64,000 bases of DNA, taken from Pseudomonadota bacterium (GTDB taxonomy: Bacteria; Pseudomonadota; Alphaproteobacteria; Rhodobacterales; Rhodobacteraceae). How positions within the stretch are numbered: the stretch's first letter is position 1; each line of letters opens with the position of its first letter. Made by a program: the position numbers and the translations under genes. This document shows, piece after piece, positions 16,686-24,946 of the stretch. The notes below the pieces were generated by a model. It made no database searches. It saw only the letters and a list, made by a program, of their open reading frames with translations, and was not told the DNA's origin. The stretch covers positions 1,357 through 65,356 of the forward strand of contig JBCCXY010000007.1 in assembly GCA_039190895.1 (NCBI GenBank), given 5' to 3'.

Positions 16686-16832
16686 ATGGCAGATGCACTT
16701 GGCCAGATGAAAGCGGCGTTTGCGGATGCTCAGGCGGCTCAGGCGGAGATCACCGTCGAGACGATGAAGCACCAGACGATCATGAAGACCCTCGAAGCCA
16801 TGAAGAAGGCCTTCGAAGCAATCCGGGGCTAA
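16686..16832 (+). CDS. 48-aa helical-hairpin protein, candidate T3SS pilin/needle subunit (NopA/SctF-like)
   Basis: MADALGQMKAAFADAQAAQAEITVETMKHQTIMKTLEAMKKAFEAIRG. Strong GGAGAA RBS. Followed by a very stable hairpin before sctD. Below the track's 60-aa cutoff. Confidence 0.4.
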   Translation: MADALGQMKAAFADAQAAQAEITVETMKHQTIMKTLEAMKKAFEAIRG

Positions 16833-16840
16833 TCCCCTTC

Positions 16841-16868
16841 GCGGGGCGCGCGATGTCGCGCGCCCCGC
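16841..16868 (+). promoter_or_regulatory. stable GC hairpin (attenuator-like) between the pilin-like gene and sctD
   Basis: GCGGGGCGCGCG-atgt-CGCGCGCCCCGC is a perfect 12-bp stem with no T-tract. Confidence 0.5.
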
Positions 16869-16900
16869 AAACTCTGCTGCTGGATGTTGGGGGGTGCGCG

Positions 16901-17806
16901 ATGGCCGCACGTGGAAAACGCGACTACCTGCTCACGGTTCTGACCGGCCCGAATGCCGGGGCTCAGCAGACATTGACGAAACGCCGTGTGACGCTTAGTG
17001 CGTCCGGCACGTCTGACTTTTATCTCGACGGGCTCGACGAAGGCGACGTGGAAATCACCGTCGCCAAGGATCGCGTCCGTGTCGCATCGGACCGCGGCGA
17101 CGTCGCGCTGCACGGCAAGCCGCCGCCGCCCTCGGGACAGGCGCTGATCGCACAACTGCCCGCAACGTTCGACCTCGGCCACGTCGCGCAGATCAACATC
17201 AGCACATCGGGCGGCACAGCGTCCCGTGGGGCAGGGCGCCTCGTCGGCATCGCGGCGGTGCTCCTGCTGTTCGCAGGCGGAGGAGTCGCGCTCCAAAGCT
17301 CACTGGGGCAGGGGTTCATCACGGAAGTCGTGGCCTCAACACCCGACACCGTGACCTACACCCAGGCCCCCATCGCCACCACGGCGCCGGTAGAAGAAGA
17401 ACCCGCGCGCCCGAAGGTCACCTTCGACGACGCCCGCACCGCGCTGGAAAACGCGGTCGAAAATGCCGGGCTCGACGGCCTCACCCTTCGCTCCGAAACC
17501 GGCGTGATCCGGGTCACCGGCACGATCAACAAAAGCCGCCTCGGCGCCTGGAACGAGATCCGCAAGGCGTATGACAGCCAGTTCGGCCTCATCGGCCCGC
17601 TGCTGGTCAACATCACCGAAGAGAGCGACGCACCGCCCCTTGCCGTCGCCTCCGTCTGGCTGGGCGAAAACCCCCAGATCACCACCCGCGACGGCACCGT
17701 GATGGGCATCGGTGACGGCACCGAAAGCGGCTGGAAGCTTTCGGTGATCGAAGCCACCTCGGTCAAGCTGACGCGCGGTCGCCAGACCATCGTCATCGAG
17801 TTCTAG
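16901..17806 (+). CDS. sctD: T3SS inner-membrane ring protein SctD (YscD/PrgH-like, N-terminal FHA-like domain)
   Basis: N-terminal FHA-like segment (YLLTVLTGPNAGAQQTLTKRRVTLSASGTSDFYLDGLDEGDVEITVAKDRV), one TM (LVGIAAVLLLFAGGGVAL), then a periplasmic domain. ATG at 16901. Confidence 0.65.
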   Translation: MAARGKRDYLLTVLTGPNAGAQQTLTKRRVTLSASGTSDFYLDGLDEGDVEITVAKDRVRVASDRGDVALHGKPPPPSGQALIAQLPATFDLGHVAQINISTSGGTASRGAGRLVGIAAVLLLFAGGGVALQSSLGQGFITEVVASTPDTVTYTQAPIATTAPVEEEPARPKVTFDDARTALENAVENAGLDGLTLRSETGVIRVTGTINKSRLGAWNEIRKAYDSQFGLIGPLLVNITEESDAPPLAVASVWLGENPQITTRDGTVMGIGDGTESGWKLSVIEATSVKLTRGRQTIVIEF

Positions 17807-17809
17807 GCC

Positions 17810-18178
17810 ATGGCCGCCCGCCAACTCTCGCCGGTCGGACAAGATCTGCGCACCGACCCCATCCGCGCCATTGCCGAGGCCGACCTCCAGTCGCGCCCGC
17901 CCGGCACACCCACCGATGTCCCGGTTATCGACACCGGCCCCGACCTTGTCGAACCCTCCCGCCCGCTCGCGCCGCAGGGCATGGCTGGGCTCGTGGATGA
18001 GGCGCTGGGCTCCGTCAAACTGCCGACGCTGCTCGAACTCGCCAACGCGCTGGAGGACATGGCAGGCTACACCAGCCGCCTTGCCGACATCGACCCCGCG
18101 ATGGCCGAAGTTGCTCAGGCCGTCCTGTCCGACGAGCAGGCCAAAGTCCTCCGCTACGTGGACCTGCGCGACAGATGA
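17810..18178 (+). CDS. SctX-like small T3SS protein (122 aa)
   Basis: Two 120-aa genes immediately upstream of sctV with coupled starts, as with yscX-yscY-yscV in Yersinia. Confidence 0.35.
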   Translation: MAARQLSPVGQDLRTDPIRAIAEADLQSRPPGTPTDVPVIDTGPDLVEPSRPLAPQGMAGLVDEALGSVKLPTLLELANALEDMAGYTSRLADIDPAMAEVAQAVLSDEQAKVLRYVDLRDR

Positions 18179-18546
18179 ACCAGATGACCCCCCTCTCGCA
18201 GTCGGACAAACCCGACCGCCGCTCCGCAGAGGTCATCGCAGGCCTCGCCACCCTTTACTTCCGCTATAACGACCCGGCTCGCGCGTTGGTCCTTGGCATT
18301 GCCGCCATGAAGTCCGGCGCCGCAGGCCCCCGCACCGCGCTCCTCGTCGCGTCTTGCTTTCTGAAAACCGGCGATGCCGAACAGGCCGCCGCCGCCTTGG
18401 AGCCGCTGGAGGACGTCGACCTCACCCAACAGGAAGCCGCGGCCTACAAGTACCTGAAAGCAAAGGTCGCCTTCCGCCTGTCCGACCCCGACACGGCCCG
18501 CGCCCTGCTGGCGGAAGCCGCCCAAATCGCGGACACCGCGCAATGA
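18175..18546 (+). CDS. SctY-like TPR-like chaperone (123 aa)
   Basis: Helical TPR-like pattern (ATLYFRYNDPARALVLGIAAMKSG...AAYKYLKAKVAFRLSD). ATGA overlap into sctV. Confidence 0.35.
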   Translation: MNQMTPLSQSDKPDRRSAEVIAGLATLYFRYNDPARALVLGIAAMKSGAAGPRTALLVASCFLKTGDAEQAAAALEPLEDVDLTQQEAAAYKYLKAKVAFRLSDPDTARALLAEAAQIADTAQ

Positions 18547-20597
18547 CCATGCTCGCCGCCCTTGGCCGCAAACTCGCCCTGCGCCAGGACCTCGCGCTGG
18601 TCCTCTTGCTGCTGATGACGATCTTCATGATCATCCTGCCGCTGCCGACCTGGCTGATCGACCTGCTGATCGGCGTGAACCTCAGCCTCGTGCTGCTGGT
18701 CCTCGTCGTCACCGTCTACCTCAAGACGCCCACGGCGTTCTCGACCCTCCCAGCCGTCCTGCTGTTCTCAACCCTCTTCCGCCTCGCCATCTCGATCTCC
18801 ACCACCCGGATGATCCTCGTGCAGGCCGACGCGGGCCGCATTGTCGAAACCTTCGGCGAATTCGTCCTCTCGGGCTCCCTCATCGTCGGCCTCGTGGTGT
18901 TCCTCATCATCACCGTCGTCCAGTTCGTCGTGATCACCAAGGGCTCCGAACGCGTCGCCGAAGTCTCCGCCCGCTTCTCCCTCGACGCCCTGCCGGGCCG
19001 CCAGATGTCCATCGACAGCGACATGCGCGCGGGCGAAATCAACATGGCCGAGGCCAAACGCCGCCGCGCCGACCTGCAACTCGCCTCCGAATTCTACGGC
19101 TCCATGGACGGCGCCATGAAGTTCGTGAAAGGAGACGCCATCGCGGGCCTGATCATCATCGCGGTGAACATCCTCGGCGGCATCGCCGTGGGCGTCGGCC
19201 AGAACGGCATGGACTTCGGCGCCGCCGTCGGGCGCTATTCGGTGCTGACCGTGGGCGACGGCCTCGTCAGCCAGATCCCGGCGCTGCTGATGGCCATCAG
19301 CTCCGGCATTGTGATCACCCGGATCACCAACGACGAAAGCACCGATCTTGGCCGCGACATCGCCGCCCAGATGTCGGCAAGCCCAAAGGCCCTGCTGATC
19401 GCGTCCGGCGTCCTCGTCCTCTTCAGCCTGATCCCCGGCTTCCCGATGCTGACGTTCCTGGCGCTGGCGACGTTCTTCGCCATCGTCGGCGGCTTCGCCC
19501 ACGTCGCCGCGACGCGCAAGTCGGAGACGGGCCCGCAGGGGCCGGCGACGGCCGCCGAGCTGAGGCAAGACCTCCTCCTCGCCCCCATGGCCCCCGTCCA
19601 CGTTGGCATCGGCCCGGGTCTCGCCGCCGTCCTCGACCGCAATGCCTTCCGGGGCGAAGCGCTGTCTGAACGCAGCCGCCTCTTCGACCAGATCGGCGTC
19701 CCGTTCCCGCCCGTCGTACTGGTGGATGAACCCGACGCCCCCGACAGCCAATGGCGCCTCATCATCGAAGGCGTCCCCGTCACAGAGGGCACCCTGCCGC
19801 TCGGCAAACTCCGCGTCACGGATGACCCGGAGGCCGCCGAAATCCTCTCCGTCCCCCTCGACGAAATCGAGCTTTCCCAGACCCTGCAACGCACCCACTG
19901 GGCCGGCGCGGCGCACGGCCCGCTGCTGGCGAAAAACGGCGTCGCGACCCAATCGCTCGAAGCCACCCTCGCCATGCTCGTCGGCCAACGCCTCCCGAAA
20001 CACGCCTCCGAATTCCTCGGCGTGCACGAGGCGAACTCCATCCTCACTTCCATGGAAGCCCGCTACGACGACCTCGTTGGTGAAGCGCAAAAGGCCCTCC
20101 CGCTCCAGAAAATCGCCATGGTCATGCGCCGCCTCGTGGAAGAGGAAGTCCCCATCCGCAACATGCGCATCGTCCTCGAAACCGTCGTCGAATGGGGCGC
20201 GCGCGAGAAAGACCCCGACATCCTCGCCGAATACGTCCGCGCCGCACTGTCCCGCCAGATCAGCCACAAATACGCTGACGGCGACCGCTTCATCCCGGCC
20301 TTCGTCGTCGAAAGCGATGTCGAAGACACCATCCGCAACGCCCTGCGCCAATCCAGCGCGGGCACGTTCCTGTCTATGGAAGCCCAGCAATCCCGCGCGC
20401 TGCTCGCCAACATCAAAAAGGCGGTCGGAGACCTCGCCGGACACGCCTCCATGCCTGTCTTTTTGGCAACAATGGACACAAGACGTCACCTCAAACGGTT
20501 TCTTTCCGACCACGAGGTGGAATGCCCCGTGTTATCCCATAAAGAGATAGCGACCAGCTATAAGGTCCAACCGCTCTCTATGGTCTCAATGCGATGA
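18543..20597 (+). CDS. sctV: T3SS export gate SctV (FlhA/YscV/LcrD family)
   Basis: 684 aa. N-terminal 8-TM FHIPEP region (ISTTRMILVQADAGRIV..., FVKGDAIAGLIIIAVNILGGI) and a large cytoplasmic domain. Confidence 0.92.
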   Translation: MTMLAALGRKLALRQDLALVLLLLMTIFMIILPLPTWLIDLLIGVNLSLVLLVLVVTVYLKTPTAFSTLPAVLLFSTLFRLAISISTTRMILVQADAGRIVETFGEFVLSGSLIVGLVVFLIITVVQFVVITKGSERVAEVSARFSLDALPGRQMSIDSDMRAGEINMAEAKRRRADLQLASEFYGSMDGAMKFVKGDAIAGLIIIAVNILGGIAVGVGQNGMDFGAAVGRYSVLTVGDGLVSQIPALLMAISSGIVITRITNDESTDLGRDIAAQMSASPKALLIASGVLVLFSLIPGFPMLTFLALATFFAIVGGFAHVAATRKSETGPQGPATAAELRQDLLLAPMAPVHVGIGPGLAAVLDRNAFRGEALSERSRLFDQIGVPFPPVVLVDEPDAPDSQWRLIIEGVPVTEGTLPLGKLRVTDDPEAAEILSVPLDEIELSQTLQRTHWAGAAHGPLLAKNGVATQSLEATLAMLVGQRLPKHASEFLGVHEANSILTSMEARYDDLVGEAQKALPLQKIAMVMRRLVEEEVPIRNMRIVLETVVEWGAREKDPDILAEYVRAALSRQISHKYADGDRFIPAFVVESDVEDTIRNALRQSSAGTFLSMEAQQSRALLANIKKAVGDLAGHASMPVFLATMDTRRHLKRFLSDHEVECPVLSHKEIATSYKVQPLSMVSMR

Positions 20598-21853
20598 AAT
20601 TGCTGATAAGAACGCTTCTCGGCCTATCCCTGATCCTCACAACCCTTCCGGCCATTTCGCAATCCGCGAACCGATCTCTGGTTGAAGGAACCGGGCAGGT
20701 CGTGACCCTGTCGCGCCCCGCATCCTCGATCTTCGTGGGCGACCCGGGCGTCGCCGATGTCCGCGTTGTGTCCGGAACCGCCCTGTTCCTCGCAGGCATC
20801 TCCCCGGGCACCACCAACGTCTTCGCGCTCGACTTCGAAGATCAACTCATCGCCAGCTACACCGTTCGCGTCGTCGCCGACAACGCCGAAGCCCGCGCCA
20901 CCATCGGCTCTGCCGTGCCCAACGGCTCCATCCAGATCCGCTCCAACGAAGGCGCCGCCATCCTGCGCGGGCGCGCCAACAGCCTGAATGAGGCGCTGGC
21001 CGCCCTCGACGCCCGCCGCTCCCTCGAAGCCAACGATCGCCTCGTCGTGGATCGCACCACGATCAAGAACGGCACGCAGGTCTCGCTGAAGGTGCGCTTC
21101 GTCGAAGCCTCCCGATCCGACCTGCGCCAACTGGGCTTCGACCTCTCGGCCCTCGGCTCCGTCAACGGCAACCCCCTGCGATTGCTGACGGGAGACGGCA
21201 TCGCCGCCGACTTCCTTAACGGCACAACGGGGCTTGGCGGCAACGGCCTCCGCGCCGGGGTCCGCACCAGCGATGTCGACGCGGTGCTCTCGGCGCTGGA
21301 CGAACGCGGCGTCGTTGAAATCCTCTCCGAACCCACGCTCACCACCACCTCTGGCCGCCGCGCCAACTTCCGCGCAGGCGGCGAATTCGGCTTCCCCGTC
21401 CCGCAAGGCGACGGCGTCATCGGCGTGGAGTACCGGGAGTTCGGCGTCTCGCTCGACTTCCTCCCCACCGTCCTGCCCAACAACCGCATCGCCCTCGAAG
21501 TCTCGCCCGAGGTCAGCTTCATCGACCCCGAGATCGGCGTCGACGTCGACGGCTTCGTCACCCCCAGCCTCTCCGTCCGCCGGGCCGAGACGACGGTCGA
21601 GGTCGGCAGTGGCCAGACCTTCGCCATCGCCGGGCTCTACGAACAGTTCGAATCCGACAGCAATCGCGGCGTCCCGGGCCTCAGCAACGCGCCGGTCGTC
21701 GGCCGCCTCTTCGGCCGCGAAACCCGCCGTCGGGACGAACGCGAGCTGGTGATCTTCATCACCCCCTTCCTCGCCGAAGCGAGCGACATTGCCGAGCCCA
21801 ATCGCCCGGACAAACCCAAACTCGTCGACAGCGTGGGGTTCATCGTCAAATGA
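20594..21853 (+). CDS. sctC: secretin (SctC C-part; Tad/CpaC-like N-terminus), RhcC2-like
   Basis: Signal peptide. N-terminal region VTLSRPASSIFVGDPGVADVRVVSGTALFLAGISPGTTNVFALD resembles CpaC/RcpA. C-terminal secretin signature GVPGLSNAPVVGRLFGRETRRRDERELVIFITPFL. ATGA overlap with sctV. Confidence 0.8.
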   Translation: MKLLIRTLLGLSLILTTLPAISQSANRSLVEGTGQVVTLSRPASSIFVGDPGVADVRVVSGTALFLAGISPGTTNVFALDFEDQLIASYTVRVVADNAEARATIGSAVPNGSIQIRSNEGAAILRGRANSLNEALAALDARRSLEANDRLVVDRTTIKNGTQVSLKVRFVEASRSDLRQLGFDLSALGSVNGNPLRLLTGDGIAADFLNGTTGLGGNGLRAGVRTSDVDAVLSALDERGVVEILSEPTLTTTSGRRANFRAGGEFGFPVPQGDGVIGVEYREFGVSLDFLPTVLPNNRIALEVSPEVSFIDPEIGVDVDGFVTPSLSVRRAETTVEVGSGQTFAIAGLYEQFESDSNRGVPGLSNAPVVGRLFGRETRRRDERELVIFITPFLAEASDIAEPNRPDKPKLVDSVGFIVK

Positions 21854-22260
21854 AGAAAGGCATCGCCCTCGTCCTCCTTCCGCTCGCCCTCACGGCCTGC
21901 GAAGCACCCGCCCCGGAAGAGCGTCTGAGCATCATGACCCGCTCCACCGAGCCGCTCTATCAGAAGCGCGCCGACGGCAAGATCGCCGCGTCAAGCTGCC
22001 TCGCCCGAACACCCGCAAGCTACGGCAACGTGCCCTCGGCCTGCACCATCGACACGATCACCGCCCAACAGGTCGCGAACCCCCACGACCTCGTCCACCC
22101 GCACCCCCCGGGCCCGGCCCCGGCCTACCCCCGTGCAGCGGCGGCCTATGAATACATATACGGCGAAATGCCCAACGATGCCGCCGCGGAAGACCCGCAA
22201 CCCGGCATCCTCATACCCGTCGAACCCGACCCCGCCGCTGCCGAAGACGACGCCGGCTAG
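21850..22260 (+). CDS. lipoprotein immediately downstream of secretin (candidate pilotin)
   Basis: 136 aa, lipobox LALTAC, overlaps the secretin stop. Pro-rich, acidic C-terminus. Confidence 0.5.
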   Translation: MKKGIALVLLPLALTACEAPAPEERLSIMTRSTEPLYQKRADGKIAASSCLARTPASYGNVPSACTIDTITAQQVANPHDLVHPHPPGPAPAYPRAAAAYEYIYGEMPNDAAAEDPQPGILIPVEPDPAAAEDDAG

Positions 22261-22360
22261 CCCCGCGCCACGCCCTGTCTTCACCTGGCTGGAAAATACC
22301 TCCCCCGGAGGGCCGCTCTCCTCCCGAGCGGACCGTCCGGCACAAATGTGCATCGCCCTT

Positions 22361-22385
22361 CAAACAGCGTTCAAACTTCACAGGT
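22361..22385 (+). promoter_or_regulatory. tts-box-like motif upstream of the effector-like gene
   Basis: CAAACAGCGTTCAAACTTCACAGGT shares CA(A)ACAGC / TTC(A/G)AAAC / TTCACAG(G/T)T elements with the sites at 14794-14831 and 2688-2737. Confidence 0.35.
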
Positions 22386-22432
22386 AAGCTCACCACTGCT
22401 GGCGACTCCGACTTGAAGCGGAGAGCACTAAT

Positions 22433-23656
22433 ATGGGTACAGGCGCAGACGGCGTAGGCTCGGACGATGGCCCAACCGGGGGCGACAACGACGGCCCGGA
22501 CGCCGACGTCTCGGATGCAGGGGCCGCCACCGACGCAGGCATGGCGGAAGCCGCCGAAGCCGAAGGCGGATCAGGCGATGACGGCGGAACGGGCGATGAC
22601 GGCACCGGAACGTCCTCTGACCCGGACAGCACGGATACCGACACCGAAGAAGAAGCCGCGGCCGCCCACGACGCCGCCGTCGCCGCTGACCAGGCCGCGA
22701 TGGATCGCACCCGCGAAGCGGCACGTGGAACGCATCCGGCAGAGGTTGATCCGGCAGAGACGGATCCCACAGCCGAAACCGACCCGACCGCTGAGACGGA
22801 CCCCGAGGTAGCCGAAACGGACCCCGAGGTCGAAGAAGACGTCGCAGACGAAGAGACCCCACCCGAACAGGCCCCAGCCGCCACAGCCGTCCCCGGCACA
22901 TATGCCGACAGCTATGTCTCGCAGGGCCTCTCTGGCGTGAACGAAGGCATCGCCGCCGTCCTCGGCGGCCCTGTCGACCTTGTGGAAATGGGGCTCAACG
23001 GCCTGTCCTGGGGCGCCGAACAAGCCGCCAGTGTGGTGGGTGTAGAGCCGGGCTGGGCGCCGGAATTCGAGAACTCGTTCCTCGGCTCCAACCACATCGA
23101 AGGCATGATGACCGACATGGGCTCCATCGCGCCCGAAAGCGCGGACCCCAACCGCCAAACCGTCCGTGACGTGGCCGCCATCGGCACCGAGGTCGCCTCG
23201 GTCTTCACCGGGGTCGGCCTGGCGCGATCCGGCATGGGCCTCGCCAACCAGGTCGATGACGTGGCCGAAACCGTCGGCCCATCGCTTCTGCCCGATGAGG
23301 GCCTCGTCGGGACATACGACGACCTGATCGCTGCCGGGCGTGTCGGTGATGACATCACCCCACACCACGTCCCGTCGGCCAACCACATGGGACAGCACGG
23401 CGTGCGACCGGGAGACGGCATTGCCATCAACATGGAGCATCCCCATCCCGGCGCGGGCGGGCGACACCGCGAGACGTTCACCTACGGCACGCAAGCTGAT
23501 GTCGACATGGACCCACGCGACGCGCTCGCCGCCGGAATCCGCGACGCCCGCTCGATCTACCAGGGCGCCGGCCTGTACGGTGACCGTATACGCGAGGGCC
23601 TGCAGGAGGTTATAGAGCAGAACAGGGATGCATTCCCGGAGCTGTTCAACCGGTGA
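22433..23656 (+). CDS. acidic repeat-containing protein; candidate T3SS effector or translocator
   Basis: 407 aa. N-terminal Gly/Asp-rich region with (A/P)E(T/V)DP tandem repeats, a central Gly/Ala-rich hydrophobic stretch, and a C-terminal His-rich motif (ITPHHVPSANHMGQHGVRPGDGIAINMEHPHPGAGGRHRETF). Confidence 0.5.
   Translation: MGTGADGVGSDDGPTGGDNDGPDADVSDAGAATDAGMAEAAEAEGGSGDDGGTGDDGTGTSSDPDSTDTDTEEEAAAAHDAAVAADQAAMDRTREAARGTHPAEVDPAETDPTAETDPTAETDPEVAETDPEVEEDVADEETPPEQAPAATAVPGTYADSYVSQGLSGVNEGIAAVLGGPVDLVEMGLNGLSWGAEQAASVVGVEPGWAPEFENSFLGSNHIEGMMTDMGSIAPESADPNRQTVRDVAAIGTEVASVFTGVGLARSGMGLANQVDDVAETVGPSLLPDEGLVGTYDDLIAAGRVGDDITPHHVPSANHMGQHGVRPGDGIAINMEHPHPGAGGRHRETFTYGTQADVDMDPRDALAAGIRDARSIYQGAGLYGDRIREGLQEVIEQNRDAFPELFNR
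22735..22850 (+). repeat. in-frame imperfect tandem repeats (15-21 bp units) encoding ETDP-type repeats
   Basis: ...gcagaggttgatccg gcagagacggatccc acagccgaaaccgacccg accgctgagacggacccc gaggtagccgaaacggacccc gaggtcgaagaag. Confidence 0.7.
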
Positions 23657-24111
23657 CCATGACAACAGACATCGAAGAAACCCTCTCGCAGCTCGGCACG
23701 CTTGACGCGGGCGCGCCCGACTTCGTGCCCCGGTTCGAGGCGGGATTGGCCGAGGTGGTTCCGCGTTTGGACGGGGCGATGATGCCCCGGCTTCTGACGC
23801 TGTTTGCCGATGACAGGCCGGACGCCGCGATGTTCTCGTTGATCCATACGGTCGAGAAACTGGACCGCGCGACCTACCTGTCCGGCCTCGCCGATGGGAT
23901 GTCCTCCCTTGTGCGCGTGGCGCCGCGCTGGGCGTCGATCATCGTGATGCGGGTCCTCAACGATCCCGACTATGTCCAAGCCTTCGGAACGGAATTGCGC
24001 GACCGCGATGCCGAGACGAAAGAGGCCGTGACGTGGCTCATGAACGCGATCAATGCCCGCTCATCGAGTTTCAAGGAAAAGACGCAGCCGCTGCTTGATG
24101 CCATGCAGTGA
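23653..24111 (+). CDS. small acidic protein overlapping the effector-like gene (class I chaperone-like, or immunity-like)
   Basis: 152 aa, acidic. GTG at 23653 or ATG at 23659 overlaps the upstream stop. Confidence 0.4.
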   Translation: MTMTTDIEETLSQLGTLDAGAPDFVPRFEAGLAEVVPRLDGAMMPRLLTLFADDRPDAAMFSLIHTVEKLDRATYLSGLADGMSSLVRVAPRWASIIVMRVLNDPDYVQAFGTELRDRDAETKEAVTWLMNAINARSSSFKEKTQPLLDAMQ

Positions 24112-24139
24112 TGCGCCAGCCCTTACGCAGGCCCGGCGC

Positions 24140-24712
24140 ATGAGGCAGATGCTCAGCCATCAGGAGTATGTCGGCAATCGCCTGAGCAGCCTGACACCCG
24201 ACAAAGGCGCCCTGTTTCTCTGCGCCGTGTCGCAAAGACAGGTCCCGGTTTACGAACTGTTTGCCGCCGACCAGCGATGGGGGCACGTTGCGGGGTTCCG
24301 AGACCTGATGCAGCAGTGTTGGGCAGCCGCCCTGTCTCCGGGCACGTCGACACGTCCAGCGCATCCAAACGCCGAAGACTTCATATCGTCGGATTTCGGG
24401 CAATCCGGCTCAAGTCTGGCAATAGAAGCCTACTCCTCGCTCGAAGTGCTGATCGGCATCCTGAATGGAGAGCCGATAAGCGCGGCGCCAGTCGAATACG
24501 CCTACACCATCCTCGACAGCTACCTCTACGGTACTTTGGGGCTGGCCACGGTGTCCGCAGAGAACGACGCGGCAGTGGACGCTCACCCGCTGACAGTTCA
24601 GGAAATGCAAAGGCAGACCAGGGCGCTTGATGACATCTCGTCCACCAGTTGGCGCGCCGCCGACTGGGCATCCTGGCGGGACAAGGCCGCTCAGCAGAGC
24701 CTCCTGTCCTGA
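24140..24712 (+). CDS. hypothetical protein
   Basis: 190 aa from an internal ATG; the track ORF is 24053..24712. No recognisable motif. Confidence 0.35.
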   Translation: MRQMLSHQEYVGNRLSSLTPDKGALFLCAVSQRQVPVYELFAADQRWGHVAGFRDLMQQCWAAALSPGTSTRPAHPNAEDFISSDFGQSGSSLAIEAYSSLEVLIGILNGEPISAAPVEYAYTILDSYLYGTLGLATVSAENDAAVDAHPLTVQEMQRQTRALDDISSTSWRAADWASWRDKAAQQSLLS

Positions 24713-24946
24713 TCGACCCGGGGCTCCCCCGAGCCCGTAGGCCGATCGAGGCAAAGTCTCGTAACCCATGTTAACGGCCCATCACCGAGCGCGCCGTTAA
24801 CCCCGCGATTTTCGCAAACTCCACCGACGCGATACCGACGCAATACATACAAAATACCGACGTGGATTTTCCCGCATCGGCCCTTGTTAACAAAGCGATT
24901 CGGTGTCCAACGCCGCGCCGGCCCCACTGGCCGACCGCACGCCGCG

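Noticed and set aside
16853-16900. Track start of the sctD ORF at 16853
   Set aside because: It begins inside the 12-bp GC hairpin. The ATG at 16901 immediately precedes the FHA-like domain and is preferred.
6245-21853. Flagellar gene cluster (FliF/FliH/FliI/FliN/FliPQR/FlhBA)
   Set aside because: SctJ is a 258-aa lipoprotein rather than a 550-aa FliF. A secretin and an FHA-domain SctD are present. There are no flagellin, hook, rod or motor genes. This is an injectisome-type system.
22433-24111. Polymorphic toxin-immunity pair
   Set aside because: Not rejected outright. Its context inside a T3SS island, with a tts-like promoter and an acidic 150-aa partner, fits effector plus chaperone equally well, so it is reported as a dual hypothesis rather than called.
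24713-24946. GTTAAC-containing repeats as CtrA boxes (TTAA-N7-TTAA) in the intergenic region before the TPR lipoprotein gene
   Set aside because: Spacing between TTAAC half-sites is about 21 bp, not 7. One copy is simply part of the stop-codon hairpin CCGCG-TTAAGTCTT-CGCGG. No consistent CtrA-like dyad.
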